Below, piece by piece: positions 58,418-64,000 of a stretch of 64,000 bases of DNA. The stretch is taken from NCBI GenBank assembly GCA_001179505.1, contig CDMY01000447.1, positions 124,001 to 188,000 of the forward strand, in the 5' to 3' direction. Both the position numbers and the translations under genes were made by a program. The DNA is from Vitrella brassicaformis CCMP3155 (taxonomy: Eukaryota > Protista > Chromerida). The first letter of the stretch is position 1, and each line of letters begins with the position of its first letter. The notes under the pieces were generated by a model. That model was not told the origin of the DNA. It saw only the letters and a list, made by a program, of their open reading frames with translations, and ran no database searches.

Positions 58418-60050
58418 CAGAGGAGCTACACGTCTCTGGAGTGGGTCGGTGCCGACTGGCTGGCTGCGGGCTCGACGGACGGCTGTGTCATCGCCGTACA
58501 CACGGCTTCATACAAGGCCAACCAAGGTGAGCGACCACCTGCACACACTCAGACGTGCACTAAGCGTCCATCATTTCCACATCAGGTGTGGGTACGCTGC
58601 GCGTTCGTGTGCCCAACGACAAGACCGTCACTCACCTGACGGCTGTCGACGGCCCCACACCCACTCTGTTTGTCGTCGCGCTGGACGACTGCGTGCGATC
58701 TGTGCAGCTGCCCAAAGCGCCCACTGAAGAGGTGCACACACATCAGCACATCACATCAACAGACACGCTTGCTTGACCACCCAGCCCGTCTCATCATCTT
58801 GATGCCCTCCCTGCCTGCAGGCATCGACCCTCGTTCTGCCCATCAGCGGCGTCAAACTCCCCGGCCGGCCGCTGGGCGTCCTCGCCCTCACCCAGACCGA
58901 GACGACCCTGCTCACCGTCACGACACAGTCGGTCATGGCGGCCATCGCCACCCCGGTGCCCGCAGACGCCGGCGCGTGCACATGGGAGCGGAAAGTGGAG
59001 GCCATGCCCACGTGTGTGGGTGGGGGGGTGGCCGGCAAAGGCAAAGGGGATCAGGAGAGGGCGATCGTTGCTGTGGGCTTCAGGAAGCAGAAGGGGCATG
59101 TGGAAAGTTTCTTTGTCGGTGAGTGAGTGAGTGAGTGAGTGGGGTGGCAAAGAACACATAGAATTGGACCGTCTTGCTGCATGTGTGTGTGTGGGGTGGG
59201 GTGGGGGTGCACGTGTGTGTCAGGTGTGTATGTGGTGCTGGATGCGAGCCGGCCCGATGGCGTTCAGCCGCTGGGTGCTGCTGGTGATTCAAATGGATCA
59301 TCGGACGTCTTGCCGGCCGTCGAGACGCTCACCGGACACCAGAGCGAGGTGTGGCGGAGACCAAGGCGTGCAGGGGCCGGGCCGGTGTCCATTGATGTGA
59401 TGCTGTGTGCGTGTGTGTCGAGCAGGTGACTGCCGTCGCCTTGACGGGTGATGGTCGGTACGTGGCCTCGGGGGACAGCGCCAAGTACGTCCTCCTATGG
59501 GACCTGGACAATCTACAGGCAAGCCTCATCACAGGTGGCACAGCCACAGACACGCCCTTGTTCTGTGGCTGTGGGTGTGTTGGTTTGTTGAGCAGGTGGT
59601 GCATCGTCAGTGGGTGAGCTACTCGTCGCGCATCACGTCCCTCTCGTGGTCGCCAAACGACACCCTGCTCGCCGTCGCATCCATAGACCGGTGCGGTGCG
59701 TCTGGTCTGCTGCATATGATAGAGCACCTACCCACACCCACATGGGACGTGCCGATTGGTCCTGCTTCCTTGGCTTGGGTGTGTGCTGTGTGTTTTCAGT
59801 GACCTGTATGTTTGGGACCGCGAGACCCCCTCGCGGCGCGCCCACATCGCCAACGCACACAAAGGAGGCGTCACGGCAGCAAGGTCAGTGAGGCAGAGAG
59901 AAAGACGATCGGTCGTTATGCTGTGCGCCCGATGCTTATGTGTGGTGGCGCGGTTGTGTGTGCAGGTTCATGCCGGCTGTTGAGGATGCTGCCGTGTGTC
60001 TGGCCACTGCTGGGGCCGATGGCGCCCTCAAGTGCTACTACATGAAATAG
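56350..60050 (+). CDS. WDR1: Actin-interacting protein 1 (AIP1/WDR1), a double WD40 beta-propeller with many exons
   Basis: PLPTTARGTP, YCSGTNVVIRNL, TTAVAYSPSGQWIASG|DASGHLKVW, ICDIAWSGDGQRIAVVGDGREK, GEISGHSK, AFRPNRPFRILT, HEGPPFKFGHSL...HTNFVNAIR, WVSYSSRITSLSWSP and NAHKGGVT. Stop TAG at 60048-60050. Confidence 0.93.
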
Positions 60051-60899
60051 ATATCTATCTGTGAGGACGCGCAGGCAAATTTTCTTCGTCATGCATGGGA
60101 TGGCCGGTCATGTTATGGTGCAAGTGACGATGTGATGTGTGCTGTGTGGGCTTTATGTTACCTGGCGGACGTGACGTGGTATTTGTCAAATGAGACAGAC
60201 GGACAGGTTTCGCGTGTGTGCACCGGTCCTGTGTGTGTGGTTGACCTCGCTGCATATATGTCTTTTGATACACACATGGCGTGACGCATCAGATCTATTA
60301 GGTCGTGTGATTGATGAGCGGTGGTCGGTGTGACTGACGTGGTGAGATGAGGTGCGATGAGTGGTGCGGTGAGGTGTGGTGTGGTGTGGTGTGGTGCGTA
60401 TGGCCGTTCCGGCCGGCTATTTATTCCACAAACAGACATGGCAGACAGAGGAGCTGACAGACAGAACGACCGCCCCTGACCGTTTGTTCATGCTCTTTTT
60501 CTGTCCTTTGCTCGTCCCCCATTCCCCCCCCCCAAGTACACACAGCGCCGCCCACACGCATATTGAGGCAGGCAGACAGACTGACAGCCAGGCCGGCCAA
60601 TTGCACTCACTGCACACACCACACACACGACCAAGCACACGGCAAAGTGTCATGGGCCATTGTTACACTTATCCGTCCATTATCTCTTCTCAAATCAATC
60701 ACTCAAGTGGTCAATGTTGGCAGCTCCTCCGTTCGTTCAAAAGAAACTCTTACTGACACGCAACGCATTCACTCCTTCATCTCATCCACAGCCCTGCCTC
60801 TCAATCATCGGCCTTGTCAATCCCTCAGTTGAAGTGGTTTGCATACCCCGGGATCTGACGATTGCCACACACAGCACACACACAGCACACACGCACACA

Positions 60900-63800
60900 C
60901 ACACACAGGCGCGATTCTCGAATGCACCCCCACTCTGCTGGCATCACGTCCCGTCTCTCTTGTCGACGCCTTACGTTCGGTCGTCGCACGTGGGGCGGGC
61001 CGTAGGTGTAGTAGGTGCGCCCCGCACTGCCGGGGACTGCAGCAGAGGGGCCAAACGCTGCACACACACGCGCGACCGATAACATCAACGTATCCATCTG
61101 TCTGTCCATCTATCCATCCATCCATCCAGTTTCTCGTCTCTCGGGTCTGTCTATCGTTCACCTGGTGGAGTGCCCGCCCGTGGTGAGGGCATGGGCGAAG
61201 GGTAGTACCACTGCGTCGACACCCGAGGCGCCGGAGGGGGCGTGATCCGGCTCACCCGGGGAGACACGCCGTACGCATGGTATGCGGCGGCGGGGGGGTA
61301 CTGGTGGTGGACGTTGGCGTTCAAATATGTACGATACACGGCCGTGGCTGCTGATGTCGTGGCCTGCTGGGGTGGGTGGGGCAGCACCGTCGGCGTCTGT
61401 GTGGTTGGTTTGGCTGCCGGCGACTGCGGAATGAATGGACGCGGGATCGGCGAGTTGACTGACAAACGGAGGAGAAGAGACAATAAGTGGCATGGCCGCA
61501 GGCAGCCATGCACCAGTCCAGTCCATCTCTTTGTGTGTGTGTGTCTGGGTTGTACCAGCGCTTGTGATTGGTGTTGTGTAGACATTCGCCCCATTGGCCC
61601 CACCTGACGGTGCCGGAGCCACGACGGCAGCACGCACCGCCGGTGGAGTTGCTGCACACCACACCATGACCCAACCCATCACTCATTCTTGCCTTCCTGT
61701 TCTCCCTGTGGGTCACCTACCGATCTTGGGGTTGACGTTGATTGCCGGGAACGGCACAGGCGACGGCGGGTGGTGGTGGTAGTACGTCGACTGGAGTGGC
61801 TGAGCAATGCGCGCAGCCTGGACCACCGGGCAGAGCACATGAGCTGGGCTGTAGGTGTGCTGCACAAGAGGTGCGGGCCCGCGGGCGGTCTGCGGGGCCG
61901 CAGGCAGGGGGTCTTCGCGCTTGGACGCACAAACTCTGGTAGGTAGATTCCATCCACACACATGACATGGGAATGAGTGTCTGTATCTGTAAGTACTTGT
62001 GGAGCCCCACCACACTTACCTCGCTGACATGGGCGCCTCGGCAAATGGGCGTCTGTTGGTGGCGGCACTGCTGATCGACAGAGGCGGCACGATGATGGAG
62101 CCCCCACCAACGCCAACACCAGGACCAGGACCAGCTCCAGCCACAGCCGCCGCCGCCGCCGAGGTCTGACCGCTCTTCGCAACCCAACCGTTTTTGTTGT
62201 CGACACGAACCACGGGAACCTCCTCCCGGCCTGTCTCCACCTTCCCACCTTCCTCCTTCGGACGCACCTCATCCAATCTGCCACCTGTAAGCGAGACAAT
62301 GCACAACGGAGTGCGCCAACAAAGTGAAGGTCACGATTTGTCTTCTTCTTACCGAATGGCTGTGGCTGTGGCTGTGCGCGTTTCGCTGCGGGCGGAGCGG
62401 GTCCGCGCGCCTTGGGGCGGGTCGTGTTCACCACTCCTGCCCCTCCACGACCAGACAAAGCGAGCGATAGCGGCCGGCCTGATGATGGACAACACAACAC
62501 GCCACCACAGCATGACAGCATCACAAAATCCGTGTTGTTTGGTATGTATTCCTCGGTTGTGCTATCCCTCTCGTGTTTGGATTCGTACGCAGCGTGGTGG
62601 CCGCCGTGGGACTTGCGACTTTGCTGACAGCCGTACGATTGACCCCTCCCCCAACGCGGCTGCCTGCCGCAACAGACCCGCCCCGCACTCCACCCCCGCC
62701 CACTCTCTTGTTGGCTCCCGCACCCGCCAGTGTCACGACAGCATGAGCCGGCTGCCCAGCGGCCCCAGCCACCACATGCTGGTACGGCAAGCCCACAGAC
62801 GTGCCGCGATGGTAGGCTACCGAGTGCGGGATACCGTAGCTCGGCTGCTTGGACGACACGACGCGAGACGCACCACCGCCGGCCTTCCTGACGACACCCG
62901 GACTTCCCTTGTCTTTGTCCTTATCTTTTGGCGTGGTGGTGCTGGCGCGGGCAGTGGCGGCTCCCGTGTTGATGGGCGACCTGGCCGTCAGGGTCGGCTG
63001 GGTGCCCTTGCTGCGAGTTGATGTGGCCGTGCCGGGGCGAGAGGTGGCAGCAGCTGGCGGGGCGGGCGAAGCGGGGAGAGGGGGTGCGGGCGACGGGCCC
63101 TCCTCCTCCCCTTTCTCGACCAGACGCGGTGTCTCCTCGGCCAAAGGGGGAAGCAGCTCCAAGGCTTCGTCTGTGTCGTTGTTGATCTCACCATTCTCGG
63201 CCGCGGGACAACCCTCGTTGTTGTTGTTATTGTTGTTGTTGGCCACCACCTCCCCCTCAGTGACACCCGTCGAAAGCTGGCGCAGATTTGGCCGCCCGCC
63301 TGGTTCACCACCTGAGCCACCGGCAACTTTAACGACCTTGGAGTCGTCCATCTCAGCCAGATCGCGCAACGCGTCAGTCATCGAGAATTGGGGTGGCGGG
63401 GCGCCCGCGGGCTCCCCAGCTGGCTGCTCTCGTCCGTCTGCGATGTGAGGCGGCCGTGGGATGGAGGGCCCCGGCGAACCCGACAGCTGACAGAGCAGAC
63501 AACGAACAGGTAGACGAAATGAAGATGAAGCCATCAAGTCCTGTATCTCACTTAACTAAGTTTGTCAGTAGATTACGTACGTACCTGTAGAGGCAGTGAG
63601 TACATGTGTGTGACCTTGTCCCCGCCACCTTGCCCCGTCGCCTGCGTGAACACCGGTGGAGGTGTCTGCACGCCCCTCGCCGTGCTTGGGGCGCTGGCGT
63701 ACACGGCCACGTGGGGAGGCACCACAGAGTAGGCCGTCGCCGGCAGGAGGGGCATTCTCGGCGGAACAGAGGCACCAGCATGGAACTGGAAGGTACCAGT

Positions 63801-64000
63801 AGCCGCAGGCCGCTTGGGGAAGCAACAGGGCGAGAAGCTCGGCTGCTGCGGCTGCTGCTGATGGTGATGGTGGAGTGCCATTTCTGCGGCGAGTGGACCG
63901 TAGGCCACATACCGCTGGCAAACACAGACACAAACAGCATGACTCACATGTCTCTCTGTGTGAGTTCGTCGCGTGTCTTGACTGCTCACATGTCCTCTGA
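60900..64000 (-). CDS. 3' part of a hypothetical Pro/Ala/Thr-rich low-complexity multi-exon protein (5' end beyond the window; 3' end approximate)
   Basis: Coding-like exons within ORFs 63573..63989, 62521..63537, 61713..62015 and 61158..61682, bounded by GT-AG introns. No domain recognised. Confidence 0.55.

Noticed and set aside
1-64000. CRISPR arrays, transposase, reverse transcriptase or integrase genes, rRNA
   Set aside because: None seen. Repeats are simple micro- or minisatellites with no spacer structure, and no mobile-element enzyme motifs appear in any frame I could read.

Overview
Eukaryotic, GC-rich, intron-dense nuclear DNA with microsatellite-filled introns. Gene content and style (CtpA, RAP protein, VSR, TMEM65, BTB/TLDc-like family) suggest a chromerid alveolate such as Vitrella brassicaformis; this is inference. 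I can support about 18 spliced protein genes: a PAM2 protein, a DAACS glutamate/aspartate symporter, a CCCH-CCHC zinc-finger protein, a vacuolar sorting receptor, a histone H4 variant, a TMEM65-GAF fusion, a RAP protein, an S41/CtpA protease, a WRN-like RecQ helicase, a GST, AIP1/WDR1 and several hypotheticals. There is also one probable pseudogene, one divergent tRNA-Ser(GCT) and two 300-N gaps flanked by poly-G. The most interesting signals are: (1) a strongly divergent, intron-containing histone H4 variant that lacks the K20-equivalent; (2) introns with CA/AGAC repeats near the donor and complementary TG/TGTC repeats near the acceptor, which could form structured introns; (3) telomere-like AACCCT(A) motifs at many gene starts; (4) a 23-nt exact element shared upstream of two unrelated genes; (5) a putative mitochondrial TMEM65-GAF sensor fusion. 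Exon boundaries were read by eye and gene ends are approximate where stated.
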